The position numbers and the translations under genes were made by a program. 64,000 nt of DNA from an uncultured delta proteobacterium (GTDB taxonomy: Bacteria > Desulfobacterota > Syntrophia > Syntrophales > UBA2185): positions 1 to 64,000 of the forward strand of contig CAVOID010000011.1 of assembly GCA_963695875.1 (NCBI GenBank), read 5' to 3'. The stretch's first letter is position 1. Every line of letters starts with the position of its first letter. Shown here piece after piece: positions 31,996-43,141 of this stretch. Under the pieces are notes generated by a model. That model searched no databases, had not been told where the DNA came from, and saw nothing but the letters and a program-made list of their open reading frames with translations.

Positions 31996-32376
31996 ATGAA
32001 AATAAGACATAAAGTATGGCTGGAAAAAAACGGGAAAACTATTTTCTGTAAAGGCCGTCAAGAACTATTGCGCTCCATTGATGAGTTACAAAGCCTCAGT
32101 GCGGCTGCAAAGAAATTAAATATGTCTTATCGGGCAGCATGGGGAAAACTAAAGACCTCAGAAGAGCGACTGGGCGTGAAATTGACTTGTTTGCAAGCAC
32201 ACGGCAAAGGAATGAGTTTAACCGCCGAAGCAAGAGCGCTTTTGAACAAATTTGATGAACTACAACGTGATGCGTCGTCATTCTTTAATGATTACGTTCA
32301 TAATTTTTCATCAGGAAAAAAAATCAAAAAACATTTGAAGACAAATAATAAAGTAGTGGAACATTTCTCCCAGTAA
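31996..32376 (+). CDS. ModE-family winged-helix regulator (no TOBE domain)
   Basis: KVWLEK.G, LLRSIDELQSLSAAAKKLNMSYRAAW. Confidence 0.8.
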   Translation: MKIRHKVWLEKNGKTIFCKGRQELLRSIDELQSLSAAAKKLNMSYRAAWGKLKTSEERLGVKLTCLQAHGKGMSLTAEARALLNKFDELQRDASSFFNDYVHNFSSGKKIKKHLKTNNKVVEHFSQ

Positions 32377-32527
32377 TCGTTTCCTTTAAAATCTATCCAG
32401 AGTGCGCAGTAGTAGGTGAAACAAATACTATCCTTTTTATCCAGTTCTTCCTGACGTCTTCAGAAGCAATATTTCAAAGAATATTGTATATATCAACCGG
32501 TAATCAATATTCTTCGAGGCATGTAAT

Positions 32528-34357
32528 ATGAGCAACAAAAGTAAGACAAAAGTGCAACTTATAAAAGAGTTGGAAGAAATGCGTCAGCGAATTGCCAATT
32601 CAGAAACCGAGCATCAGCAATCAGAGCATACAATCCACAAAATGAACGCGCGGTTGAGCGCCATGATAAAAGCTTTTGATGGGTTAATTTACGTTTGTTC
32701 CCAGGATTACAGTATCGAGTTTATGAACGAACATCTCATCAAGCGGACTGGTTATGATGGTACCGGGGAACTGTGTTACAAAGTTTTGCATGACCGGGAT
32801 TCGATCTGTTCGTGGTGCGTCAATGACCGTGTCTTTAAGGGAGAAACAGTACGGTGGGAAGTAAAGAGTCCCAAAGACAACCGGTGGTATTACATCGTAA
32901 ACGCACCTGTATGCAACGAGGATGGAACGATCTCCAAACAGGCAATGATTTTGGACATCACCAAGCGCAAGCAGGCCGAGGAGGCGCTCCAGCAAGCCCA
33001 CAGTAATTTGGAACGAATGATAGAGGAGCGAACTTCTGAGCTTTTAATGATAAACCGGGAACTGAACGAAGAGATAGAAAAGCACAGACAAGCCGAGGAG
33101 TCTTTAAAAGAGTCGGAAGAAAAGTACAGAAGCGTTGTCGAAAATATCGGTATTGGCGTATCTCTAATAAGCCCAAATATGGAAATACTGACCCTGAATA
33201 ATCAGATGAAAAAATGGTTTCCCGATATCGATGCTACAAAAAGACCCATCTGCTATAAGGCTTTTAATGATCCTCCAAGAGAGGCCGTCTGCTCCTATTG
33301 TCTTACGTACAAGACACTTCAAGACGGACAGGTGCATGAATCCGTTACGGAAACATCTGCGGGGAATAAGATCAAAAACTACAGGATAATTTCGTCACCA
33401 GTTAAAGACATGAACGGCAACGTTATTGCGGCCATAGAAATGGTGGATGATATTACTGAGAACAAAAAGATGCAGGAGGCGCTACGGGAATCAGAACGGC
33501 GATTATCCGATATCATTGATTTCTTGCCTGATGCAACATTCGCTATCGACCTCAATGGTAAGGTCATCGCATGGAACCGGGCCATCGAAGAGATGACCGG
33601 GGTTAAGGCCGAAAACATGCTGGGGAAAGGAGATTATGAATATGCCCTTTCGTTTTATGGGATTCGGAGGCCGATACTGATTGATCTTGTATTCATCTCC
33701 GATGCAGATATCATTAAGAAATATCACTTTGTCAAGGAAGAGGGAAGTGTTCTTTTAGCAGAGACAAACGTATCTGTAAGGGGGGTACCCAGCGTACTTT
33801 GGGGGAAAGCAGGGCCGTTGTATGACAGTAGGGGCAACATGGTAGGTGCCATTGAGTCTATCCGTGATATCACGGGAAGGAAATTGGCCGAAAAGGCACT
33901 AAAAAAAAGAGAAAGAGACTTGAAGGTTAAATCCCATAATCTCGAGGAACTCAATGCTGCCCTGAAAGTCCTCTTGAGGCAGAGGGAAAAAGACAAATAC
34001 GAACTCGAAGAGAAGATACTGCTTAATGTCAAGCAAGTCGCTATGCCTTATATTGAAAAGTTGAAAAAGAGCGGCCTAGATGCCAAAGAAACAGACTATG
34101 TAAGTATCCTTGAATCAAATCTGAAAAACATTATCTCTCCATTCTCAAGCAAGCTGTCCTCACAATACCTGAATCTTACTCCCAAGGAAATTCAAATAGC
34201 CAACCTTATTAAGGAAGGCAAGACGACCAAGGAGATCGCTGGATTGTTGAATGTTTCGCCGGGGACGGTTGAATTTCACAGGGAAAATATCAGGATTAAA
34301 CTTAATCTTAAAAATAAAAAAGACAATTTGAGAACCTATCTTTTGACACTATCATAA
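32528..34357 (+). CDS. multi-PAS LuxR-family transcriptional regulator
   Basis: PAS domains; C-terminal LTPKEIQIANLIKEGKTTKEIA...TVEFHRENIRIKL. Confidence 0.88.
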   Translation: MSNKSKTKVQLIKELEEMRQRIANSETEHQQSEHTIHKMNARLSAMIKAFDGLIYVCSQDYSIEFMNEHLIKRTGYDGTGELCYKVLHDRDSICSWCVNDRVFKGETVRWEVKSPKDNRWYYIVNAPVCNEDGTISKQAMILDITKRKQAEEALQQAHSNLERMIEERTSELLMINRELNEEIEKHRQAEESLKESEEKYRSVVENIGIGVSLISPNMEILTLNNQMKKWFPDIDATKRPICYKAFNDPPREAVCSYCLTYKTLQDGQVHESVTETSAGNKIKNYRIISSPVKDMNGNVIAAIEMVDDITENKKMQEALRESERRLSDIIDFLPDATFAIDLNGKVIAWNRAIEEMTGVKAENMLGKGDYEYALSFYGIRRPILIDLVFISDADIIKKYHFVKEEGSVLLAETNVSVRGVPSVLWGKAGPLYDSRGNMVGAIESIRDITGRKLAEKALKKRERDLKVKSHNLEELNAALKVLLRQREKDKYELEEKILLNVKQVAMPYIEKLKKSGLDAKETDYVSILESNLKNIISPFSSKLSSQYLNLTPKEIQIANLIKEGKTTKEIAGLLNVSPGTVEFHRENIRIKLNLKNKKDNLRTYLLTLS

Positions 34358-34528
34358 TGCAGGTTTTTCCCCTGGATTATCCATGTAATCTATTCCTATT
34401 GCATATCCCACTGAGATTTTCTATTAACTAAGCAGCACCATGACACCAAACAAAACTGTAAGAATTTCCATCATCAGATGGAGAGTAGTTCAACACTCCT
34501 AGAAAAAACTATCGCAGGGGGCAATAAT

Positions 34529-34702
34529 ATGGACAAAACAGAATTTAGAAAAAAAACGGAGACTTTGGGAGCTTTAGAAACATCGATTCTTTCTGCCCAT
34601 ATGAAATTTTTCAAGGGAAATTCGGAAGCCTATTGTAACCTGAAGAGAGATGATTTTGTCCTCTATGATACCGTTATCAGGTATTTTACGAATAATTCTT
34701 GA
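34529..34702 (+). CDS. small hypothetical protein
   Basis: 57-aa ORF with an AGGGGG RBS-like sequence. Confidence 0.35.
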   Translation: MDKTEFRKKTETLGALETSILSAHMKFFKGNSEAYCNLKRDDFVLYDTVIRYFTNNS

Positions 34703-34788
34703 AAAGTCACTACACTTGTGGAATCCATCAATTACGTAAATGGCTTGCAAGTCGATATATTTTAGAAGGTTTTTTGAGGTTTACGGGA

Positions 34789-34977
34789 ATGGCAGATAAA
34801 GGGATTACGAAACATCAAATAGTACAAGAACTCGCCGAATTGCGCTGGCGAATTAACAAATTGCAAGACTGGACTCGGCAAATGTTTGGCACAGAAGAGG
34901 AATTCCTTAATCAGAGCCAGAGTTCTCAATTCTTTCTTGGGTTGGGATCATCTCAGGTCGTCAAAGCCGAGGATTAG
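34789..34977 (+). CDS. small protein carrying the TKxQ(L/I)xxELxELRxRI coiled-coil motif of PAS sensors
   Basis: GAGG RBS; TKHQIVQELAELRWRI resembles TKVQLIKELEEMRQRI in the 32528 gene. Confidence 0.45.
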   Translation: MADKGITKHQIVQELAELRWRINKLQDWTRQMFGTEEEFLNQSQSSQFFLGLGSSQVVKAED

Positions 34978-35043
34978 TCTACCATCGAAAAAAAATATCC
35001 GTAGTGGGTAGGGTGCAAAATCAATTAGAAGGAGATTTATGAA

Positions 35044-35226
35044 ATGAAATTTCAGGAGATTCGTCAGATTGCAAAGACATGGGGTGTCGATGCGGGAATT
35101 GGCCGCACGAAGCAGGATATCATCCGCGATATCCAGATAAGTGAAGGAAACTTTCCATGTTATCATACAAAGGAAACATGCGGGAATAATTGTCTCTGGA
35201 AGAAAGACTGCACAAACAACAGATGA
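35044..35226 (+). CDS. small SAP/Rho-N-like Cys-tail protein
   Basis: MKFQEIRQIAK..G...TKQDIIRDIQISEGNFPCY...C...CLWKKDC; AGGAG RBS. Confidence 0.7.
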   Translation: MKFQEIRQIAKTWGVDAGIGRTKQDIIRDIQISEGNFPCYHTKETCGNNCLWKKDCTNNR

Positions 35227-35327
35227 ATTTACGCGTCAATTACAAAATTAATAAACTGCCCGGGACTTACGTCAGAAATCGAAATCTTCGAAGTCAGGTG
35301 CACTATCCGTCGAAAGGGTTGAGAAAT

Positions 35328-36860
35328 GTGAAAACATTTGAAATCCTGAAGAAGGCGGAGAAGACGGCGGTATTGCTGGTGTCTCCGGAGACGGGAAGAT
35401 TACCCGAGAAGATGGGGAATCTTGCCCGGTACATTTCCGGCAAGGCAGGAGGCATGGGAGAGGTGGTGTCCGCTTTATGCGAGGGGCTCCTGGCAAGGGG
35501 GATCGATTGCCATCTGACAACGCTGAATTTGAAGAAGCGGTTCCAACAGGAGAGCAACATAGATGAACCGACGTGGCGTAAGATCAGATACACGGTTGAT
35601 CCTGACAAGGTGCATTTAGTGAGTTCCTCCATTTTTGCCGGTCTTTCCTGCGCGTACGCAGGAAACCCGCTTTTGAATGCCGCGGAATTTCAGAAGCAGG
35701 TGGTCAACAACATCATCAAAACAGTGCGTGCTAAGAACGGCGGCAGATTGATTCTCCACAGTCATGACTGGATGGCAGGCGGCACGATCACAGCCTATGC
35801 GAAATCGAGGGGTTGCCCCGTATTGCACACCGTACACAACGTTCATACGGGCTATATACCGGTAGATATGCTTTTCGGTGTTGATGTGGACAGTCTCGCC
35901 AGGAATATCTACTTTTCCGAGGAGCATGGAAAGAAGTGCATCGATTCTCAGGCTACGGCCATTAAGAGCGCCACCCTGGTCAATTTCGTGGGGGAGACGT
36001 TCTTAAGAGAGATCATCGAGGATTATTTTCTGGACAGATCATTCATACCTCCCAACGTCAGGCAGGAGGTCAAGGCGAAGTATCAGCATGGCGCGGCGCT
36101 TTCCATTATGAATGCGGCGTCGCCGAGGATGTATCCGGAGAACTGCGAGCACCTCGTCAGAAGGTACGATCATGGTAACGACGTCATGACGGCAAAAAGG
36201 GATAACTTAGTAGAATTTCAGAAAAGGACAGGCCTCGTCGTCAATCCCGGAGCGGTTCTCCTATACTGGCCGTCCCGGCTGGACGACACGCAAAAGGGCG
36301 TTGAGCTCTTAGAGGACATCGCACTGAAATTTGTGATTGAACATGAAGATGTACAGATTGCTCTTGTAGGGAATGGTGTGGAGGGTGATCGCCGCCATGA
36401 GGAGATTCTGGGAAGAATCGCGTGTGCATCCGGCGGGAAGATAACGTACCAGCGCTTCAGTGAACCGCTTTCCGTGCTCGGTTATGCTGCGGCCAGTGAT
36501 GTCTTCGGCGCTTCTTTCTATGAGCCGTGCGGCCAGATAGATCAGATCGGGAATCTTTTCGGCGCCACGGCAACGAACCGGGACACAGGCGGCTATCATG
36601 ACAAGATACAGGAATTACAGTTAAAGGATGATGGCGCTTCCGGGGATGGGGGAAATGGATTTCTTTTTCAGAATTATGATCCCGGTGGTTTGTGGTACGG
36701 GTTATCCAAGAGTTTGCAGTTTCACAGAAAATCCCCTGAAATAAGGGAAAAGCAACTCAAAAGGATCATGAGAGAGGCCAGACAGAAGTATGATTTAGAC
36801 ACTATGGTTGACGCGTACTTAAGAGTGTATGAAAGGCTCAATGACGGACCTTTATTTTGA
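35328..36860 (+). CDS. glycogen/starch synthase-like glycosyltransferase (GT5)
   Basis: KAGGM (KxGG motif), HSHDW, TVHN, SRL..QKG, S.YEPCG, TGGY.D. Confidence 0.78.
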   Translation: MKTFEILKKAEKTAVLLVSPETGRLPEKMGNLARYISGKAGGMGEVVSALCEGLLARGIDCHLTTLNLKKRFQQESNIDEPTWRKIRYTVDPDKVHLVSSSIFAGLSCAYAGNPLLNAAEFQKQVVNNIIKTVRAKNGGRLILHSHDWMAGGTITAYAKSRGCPVLHTVHNVHTGYIPVDMLFGVDVDSLARNIYFSEEHGKKCIDSQATAIKSATLVNFVGETFLREIIEDYFLDRSFIPPNVRQEVKAKYQHGAALSIMNAASPRMYPENCEHLVRRYDHGNDVMTAKRDNLVEFQKRTGLVVNPGAVLLYWPSRLDDTQKGVELLEDIALKFVIEHEDVQIALVGNGVEGDRRHEEILGRIACASGGKITYQRFSEPLSVLGYAAASDVFGASFYEPCGQIDQIGNLFGATATNRDTGGYHDKIQELQLKDDGASGDGGNGFLFQNYDPGGLWYGLSKSLQFHRKSPEIREKQLKRIMREARQKYDLDTMVDAYLRVYERLNDGPLF

Positions 36861-37266
36861 GTATTTTACACCCCTCTTAATAGCATAACTACTTTTCTTA
36901 ATCCCCTAACCTTCGTAACTAACTTCCTGTTATCAATGAAAACTGCATACAGAGCAATATCCACTGTTTCAAATGCAAGTCATCGGTTCTGATTACTACC
37001 GGGTCAGTTCATTGAATTCCAGCTAAAAGATGCGATGCCGGAACAGGTTATTACTCCGTTCATGGAAAAAGGTGAAAGACCTCTTGTAATCTTCGTTGCT
37101 GATTCAAATCATCCATATAACTTTTCAATCGCTAATCAAAAAAAGTCACCCCAATGCGGCATTTATGTATTGAAACCCAAAGAGCTCTGACTTAAAATGT
37201 ATATATAAGTTGAAAACTGATTGAAGCATTTGAAGAACCTTGAATTTCCAAAACGTGAGGGGTGCC

Positions 37267-37662
37267 ATGAGAACCAAACTGGTAAGGATTTTAATGGCTA
37301 AACTTGGCGAGGGGTACGTGGCAGCTCTGAAGACTCTCACCTTGGCTTTCCGGGATGCCGGGTACGAAGTGGTATACACGGATATCCAGAGGCCTGAGGC
37401 CATCGTCGCTTCAGCAATCCAGGAATGTGTCGACCATATCGGGATAACGACATTGCCAGGAGCCAATATCGAAGACCTCGCCAGAGTTGTAGAACTTCTG
37501 AAGAAGGAGGATTCATCACATATCAAGGTTACCGCCGGCGGCTATTTAGAGCACGATAAAATCCCTAAGGTAAGGGAGATGGGGGTAGTTGAATTCTTCC
37601 CCATAGGAACCTCCATATCGGAACTTATTGAATGGGCGAGGGCTAATATCAAACCAACGTAG
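37267..37662 (+). CDS. stand-alone B12-binding-domain-like protein lacking the DxHxxG motif
   Basis: RILMAKLG...AFRDAGYEVVY, AIQE.VD.IGIT, VTAGG, F.PIGT, similar to the C-terminal domain of acyl-CoA mutases. Confidence 0.75.
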   Translation: MRTKLVRILMAKLGEGYVAALKTLTLAFRDAGYEVVYTDIQRPEAIVASAIQECVDHIGITTLPGANIEDLARVVELLKKEDSSHIKVTAGGYLEHDKIPKVREMGVVEFFPIGTSISELIEWARANIKPT

Positions 37663-37763
37663 GGGTGAATAAAATGTGGGGTCTTTACCGGAAAATGCTC
37701 CTCAATCTCTGGCCTTTATCGTGCGTCGTTATAATTTTATAACAGGGGGTCTTTATTAATAAG

Positions 37764-38120
37764 TTGTGGAAATATTTCGAATGTCAAAGATGCGGGAAAT
37801 GTTGTCTTGAACTCGGTTTACCTTGTGACCCAGAGTCACTCTTAAATATATCTACGTATCTAAATATTTCCGAAAAACAAGTTATCGAAAAATATTATGG
37901 GAAATTATCAGCAGACGATTCTAAATGGGAATCGAATGACAGGAAAAGGATTCCATGTCCTTTTTTAAAAGGCACTGATGGCAGATATTTTTGTGAGATT
38001 TATCCTGCGAGGCCGGAGGGCTGCAGAGTGTATCCAATGGAATCAGTAGGCGGACGATTTTGCCCAAGATGGGAGATTGCAATCTCGAAATTGAAAAAAG
38101 AACAGGAAGAAGAAATATAG
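37764..38120 (+). CDS. YkgJ-family CxxCxxCC protein
   Basis: FECQRCGKCC, CPFL, CEIYPARPEGCRVYP. Confidence 0.8.
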   Translation: MWKYFECQRCGKCCLELGLPCDPESLLNISTYLNISEKQVIEKYYGKLSADDSKWESNDRKRIPCPFLKGTDGRYFCEIYPARPEGCRVYPMESVGGRFCPRWEIAISKLKKEQEEEI

Positions 38121-38392
38121 CTTGGTTTAGAATAACAAAATCTCAACGGTATACTTAATTTCTATTTGATCTTTACCCAACCTTACAACGTTCCAATCAG
38201 TAATCAAAAAGATTAGATGACGAAGCAGGCGGAGCTATGTCCGGTTTCGCCGCAGTAACTTCAGATATTTCGATGCCCGATTTCAGGGAATCTCTTATGG
38301 TAGGAACTGCATTAACATCGTAAAATAACTTATATGTCGTTTAATGCATGAAATGACAAATGAAGAAAAAGTGAGAACGGAGGGAAGAAGAT

Positions 38393-38905
38393 ATGGCAAC
38401 TTCAACAGGAATTCAATTGGCTCAAAGCATCCGCCGGAGGATCGAAGAATTGAAGAAAGTATGCGAAGGGCTTGATGAGAGTATAGCTTCTCGTGCGCCT
38501 GAGGGACGATGGTCTCCCAAAGAAATCCTTTCCCACCTTTTGGGGCCCGAAGGATCCGGCCACCTACCGATGCTTCAGGCCTTTCTCGACCGGGAGACTC
38601 CGAGGATCGACATTGAACCCGAGAACCCTTTTTTCTCTGAGAAGCGTGCCCGGATGACCTTTGCTCAACTCCTCGCAGAGGTCGAAAGGGAGTACGACCG
38701 TATCTCTAAATTTGCGGCAGGCTTATCTGGGGAACAGCTCGACCGGAAGGCGAATATTCCCATGCTCAAAGACTCGCCGTTTGGAGAATATCCGACACTG
38801 GGAACCTGGATCGGCCTGCTCGGGGGCTCGGAAGAGTCTCATTTTAAATTTCATGTCAACCACATGCGTGAGATCTTGCAGGGTCTGGGTGTACCGGCAA
38901 AGTGA
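38393..38905 (+). CDS. DinB-family protein
   Basis: [14 protein letters not shown]-terminal HxxxH. Confidence 0.75.
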   Translation: MATSTGIQLAQSIRRRIEELKKVCEGLDESIASRAPEGRWSPKEILSHLLGPEGSGHLPMLQAFLDRETPRIDIEPENPFFSEKRARMTFAQLLAEVEREYDRISKFAAGLSGEQLDRKANIPMLKDSPFGEYPTLGTWIGLLGGSEESHFKFHVNHMREILQGLGVPAK

Positions 38906-39028
38906 GAAAGAAGCCGAAAGCACACCGACCGGGCTTTAGTACCTTGTCGAACTCTGTGACTTGGCAGATGGACCTGTCGCGGTTCAGTTTTATTGGGATG
39001 ACCGCTTGGTGGTGAAGGACCGTAGAAT

Positions 39029-39769
39029 ATGAAAATCTATGTCGGCACAAGCGGGTATGGGTACAAGGAATGGAAAGGAAAATTCTATCCTGAGAAGATC
39101 TCGCCCAAGGAAATGCTTCGCTTCTATTCGGAACGCCTCGGCGCGGTAGAGATCAATAATACTTTTTATCATATGCCCAAAAAGGACGTTCTCGCATCCT
39201 GGGCGGAACAGGTCCCCGACGATTTTGTCTTCGCGCTCAAAGCGCCTCAGGTCATAACGCATCTGAAGCGGTTGAGAAATGTGGGTGCGGAGACCGAGTA
39301 CCTCTTCAGGTCGCTATCAGTTCTGGACAGGAAACTGGGGCCGGTCCTTTTTCAGTTTCCCAAGAGTTTTCATGCAGACCACCCTGCGCTGGAAGATTTT
39401 CTCTCTCTGATTCCCGGCAATATGTCCTGCGCATTCGAGTTCCGCAGCCCATCCTGGCTCGATGTTGAAATTCTGGATCTCCTTCGTGAAAAGAGATGCA
39501 GCCTGTGCATAGCTGATGTTGATGAGCATCCGACAGATGAGATCATCAGTACGGCGTCATGGGGATACATGCGCTTGCGCCGTTCCGATTATACAGATGC
39601 CGATCTGTCACAATGGATGGAGAGAATCCTTTCACAGAAATGGGAGCTGGCTTTCGTTTTTTTTAAACATGAGGAAGAGGCCAAAGGGCCCGAAATGGCG
39701 ATACGTTTTCGTGAGCTTACCGATTCAAGGGTAAAGAAAATCAAGACAGTACGGCAGAAAATGAAATAG
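39029..39769 (+). CDS. DUF72 family protein
   Basis: IYVGTSGY.Y.EW.G.FYP, VEINNTFY, KAP..ITH, LFQFP, EFR..SW. Confidence 0.88.
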   Translation: MKIYVGTSGYGYKEWKGKFYPEKISPKEMLRFYSERLGAVEINNTFYHMPKKDVLASWAEQVPDDFVFALKAPQVITHLKRLRNVGAETEYLFRSLSVLDRKLGPVLFQFPKSFHADHPALEDFLSLIPGNMSCAFEFRSPSWLDVEILDLLREKRCSLCIADVDEHPTDEIISTASWGYMRLRRSDYTDADLSQWMERILSQKWELAFVFFKHEEEAKGPEMAIRFRELTDSRVKKIKTVRQKMK

Positions 39770-39924
39770 GAAGCGAGCCGTCATACCGCTTCTCGTTGCT
39801 CGAAGGTGAGTCTGCCTATCCGCCTCTGAAACTCGCAGGAGGAAGAGGCGAGGCAGGATTTAATCCGGCACTGTCTATAAAGTAAAGTATCGGGAAAGAG
39901 TTCTGTATGTATTAGATTTTTTCT

Positions 39925-41274
39925 TCAGGTCAGCTTTTTTTTCACTACCTCGGCAATTCGCTGGCAATATTTCTTCGTTTCTTCGTGGGTAGGGCCTTCC
40001 ACCATGACGCGGCACATCTTCTGTGTTCCCGAATAGCGAACGAGAACACGGCCCCTGTTTCCCAGAGCCTTCTCCACATCTTTGATCGCCTTTGAGATTT
40101 CCGGAACGGTAGATAACTCAGGCCGTGTTTTTACATCTATGTTAATAAGTACCTGGGGAAAGACTGCCATTATCTTTGCAAGCTCAGAAAGACGTTTGCC
40201 TTCTCTCTTCATCGCAGTGAGCACCTGTAATGCCGTTATAATGCCGTCTCCCGTTGTATGATGCTGCAAAAAAAGCAAATGGCCTGAGTCTTCACCGCCA
40301 ATCATTGCCCCTCTGTTTATCATTTCTTCCAAAACATATCTGTCCCCAACCTTGGTAATCACAGAATTAATACCCAGTTTTTCAAAGGCAACGGTGAGAC
40401 CGATGTTACTCATCACGGTTCTTACAACCAGATTATTGTTGAGCGTACCTTCTTTTTTCATCATGCCTGCGCAGACGGCCAGTATCTGGTCCCCTGTTAA
40501 AACTGCACCTTTTTCATCAACGGCTATCAGACGGTCACCGTCACCATCGAAGGCAAATCCGACATCTGCCTTTCTCTTCATTACTTCTTCAGCGAGTTTT
40601 TCCGGGTACTGGGATCCGCAAGCAACGTTAATGTTTACGCCGTCGGGATGATTAAACAATGTAGTCACCTCAGCTCCCAGCTCGAAAAAAGTATCCGGGG
40701 CTATTCTATAGGTTGCCCCATTTGCGCAATCGAGGACGATTCTCATTCCCTCCAGGGTGAATTCCTTGGGAAAGGTGTGTTTTAAAAACACCGTATACCT
40801 CCCCCTTGCATCATCCAGTCGATACACCTTACCCAGGTCTCCCGGTGAAGGGCGATGTTTATGCGAGTTGTTTGCAAAGATGAACTCTTCCATGGCAAGC
40901 TCCTTTTCATCAGGAAGCTTGAATCCTTCACTTGAGAAGATCTTGATGCCGTTATCCTGAAGGGGGTTGTGAGATGCGGATATAACAATACCGGCGTCTG
41001 CCCTCATGCTGCTCGTGAGAAATGCGATACCGGGCGTAGGCATGACACCGACCATGATGGCATTCACCCCCATGGAACAGATCCCCGAAACAAGGGCACT
41101 CTCAAACATATAACCCGAAATACGGGTATCCTTGCCGATAATGATTTTTGGAACATGACCTTTCTTCTTGAAGAGATGGGCGGTAGCCCGGCCGATGTTC
41201 AAGGCCATTTCGGCCGTCATGGGATATTCATTGGCGATGCCTCGTATGCCGTCCGTACCAAAAAGTTTTCCCAA
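39925..41274 (-). CDS. glmM: phosphoglucosamine mutase
   Basis: FGTDGIRG, GKDTRISG, SASHNP, DGDGDR, VGDRYV, GGEDSGH; TTG start after AGGAGG. Confidence 0.93.
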   Translation of the reverse strand: MGKLFGTDGIRGIANEYPMTAEMALNIGRATAHLFKKKGHVPKIIIGKDTRISGYMFESALVSGICSMGVNAIMVGVMPTPGIAFLTSSMRADAGIVISASHNPLQDNGIKIFSSEGFKLPDEKELAMEEFIFANNSHKHRPSPGDLGKVYRLDDARGRYTVFLKHTFPKEFTLEGMRIVLDCANGATYRIAPDTFFELGAEVTTLFNHPDGVNINVACGSQYPEKLAEEVMKRKADVGFAFDGDGDRLIAVDEKGAVLTGDQILAVCAGMMKKEGTLNNNLVVRTVMSNIGLTVAFEKLGINSVITKVGDRYVLEEMINRGAMIGGEDSGHLLFLQHHTTGDGIITALQVLTAMKREGKRLSELAKIMAVFPQVLINIDVKTRPELSTVPEISKAIKDVEKALGNRGRVLVRYSGTQKMCRVMVEGPTHEETKKYCQRIAEVVKKKLT

Positions 41275-41345
41275 AGAGGACCTCCTTAACAAGGATTTTT
41301 ACAACAATCAGGACAATTTTGCAACAGGGATAAAGCGGCTGATGA

Positions 41346-42195
41346 TTATACATGCGGGTTGGTACCGAAGCGTGTCAGAAGAACTCCTCCCAGGCCGATG
41401 ACAATGGCACACATCTTGACCATCCAGCCCACATAAGGTATCCATCCGATCAGCCATAGAATGATGAGTCCCCAGATCGTCTCACGCATCAAGCTTTGAT
41501 CATGTCTTTTCAAAACAGTAAACAATTTCCGGCCGACAAGCTGCGACACTGCTATGAAACCCAGGAGAACTGCAAACAGAACAATGGCCATTTCCAAAGG
41601 AATCAACACAATACCGATAACTGAAACAGCAAGGAGCACCGCCAGCGGGACAACCAATACCAGTCCGGTAAGGCCCCAGGTAGTAACCTTGAAAGGCTTT
41701 TCCTTGATGGCTGACGAAATAAGACGTACGGGTTTCGGAATCAGGAATACGGTCAGGATGGTTACAAGAAGGACACCGAGAAAAATGGATAAAGAGACAA
41801 TGGCAAAAATCCAGGACCATCCCTCCCATTCTTCACTCAGGGCGTTCGTTATAGCTGCAGAGATATCATCTGTATTGATCTCGGTGAGGGTTACCATAGA
41901 CTTCCGCACCTCTTCCCCTGACAATGATTCCTCCGAGAGAAAAAACATTCCCGCCGACCACGGCTGTCCTTGTCAGAACTATGGATCCCCCAATGGACAC
42001 AACATTGTTTTCAACAACACCATCTACGGTAATTTGCCCGCCGATCGCCAGGACATTGCGAACCTTCGTTCCTTCCTCGATTGTCACATTGCTGCCGATT
42101 TTTACGATGTTTGCACTGTCCGCTCTGACTGTTGCAGCTGAACAGAGAAATAAGCCTGTAACCAGAATCAATAGAAGTAGCGAATTTTTTTTCAT
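41346..42195 (-). CDS. membrane protein with a bactofilin-like beta-helix N-terminus (frameshifted)
   Basis: signal peptide, repeated V.GxV..IGG units, then a multi-TM region (WIPYVG). Confidence 0.6.
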
Positions 42196-42208
42196 ACCTT
42201 TTCTCCAT

Positions 42209-42908
42209 TCAAGGACTGAAAGTCATGAATCTGCAAATAATTGTTACTTTTCTGCATGGTTCCCCTCTCGCCGTTCGGCCGCGCTGGCGAAGGTATTCAA
42301 CTAAGATCGGAAGTACTGATATTATGATGATCGCAAAAATGACGAGGGTGAAGTTTCTCTTTACGACCGGCAGGTTGCCGAAATAGTAGCCTCCCATTAT
42401 AAAAATTGTGATCCATGCGACACTGCCGAGGACATTGTAACAGGTAAAGCGCGGAGTACGTCATTTTCCCAATCCCCGCCACAAAGGGCGCAAAGGTTCG
42501 GATGATCGGGATGAATCTCGCTATGACTATCGTTTTACCTCCGTGCTTTTCATAAAAGTTGTGGGTTCGATCAAGATACTGCCTGTTGAGAAAACGGACA
42601 TTTTCCTCGTGAAATACTTTCGGACCGACAAACTTTCCTATCGCATAGTTCACAGTATTGCCGGCGACAGCGGCTATGGAGAGGAGAACCAGCAGCCATT
42701 CGATCTGGAGCACACCGAGGGCGGCAAAGGCGCCAAGTCCGAAGAGGAGGGAATCCCCGGGCAGAAAAGGAGTAACGACAAGGCCGGTTTCACAAAATAT
42801 TACAAGAAAAAAAATAAAATAGGTCCAGCCGCCAAAGCTCTGAATGATCGCAGCAAGATGCCGGTCGAGGTGAACAAAGAAATCAACGAAATAGAGAATC
42901 AGGTCCAT
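42209..42908 (-). CDS. dedA: DedA family membrane protein (frameshifted)
   Basis: [49 protein letters not shown]. Confidence 0.85.
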
Positions 42909-43141
42909 ATTACTTTTGGGAAATCGCGTCCGCCGTTCATAGTGTATTAATTGATTAGTATAAGAGAGGTGCCATTTTGTCAATAACAAAGAAGAATAGA
43001 ATTTCAATTGATGCCATGTATCTCTTTTATGGGCATTTTTAGATTGCTATTTTGTATGCTGTTCATGTAATAAACGTTTGAGAAACCTCTATGGATGCTG
43101 AAAATATTTTTAATGATTAACGATACAGTAACTCCACTAAA

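Noticed and set aside
36960..37190. Short open frame (LPGQFIEFQLKDAMPEQ...) between the GT5 and B12-domain genes
   Set aside because: No clear start or RBS and no recognisable family.
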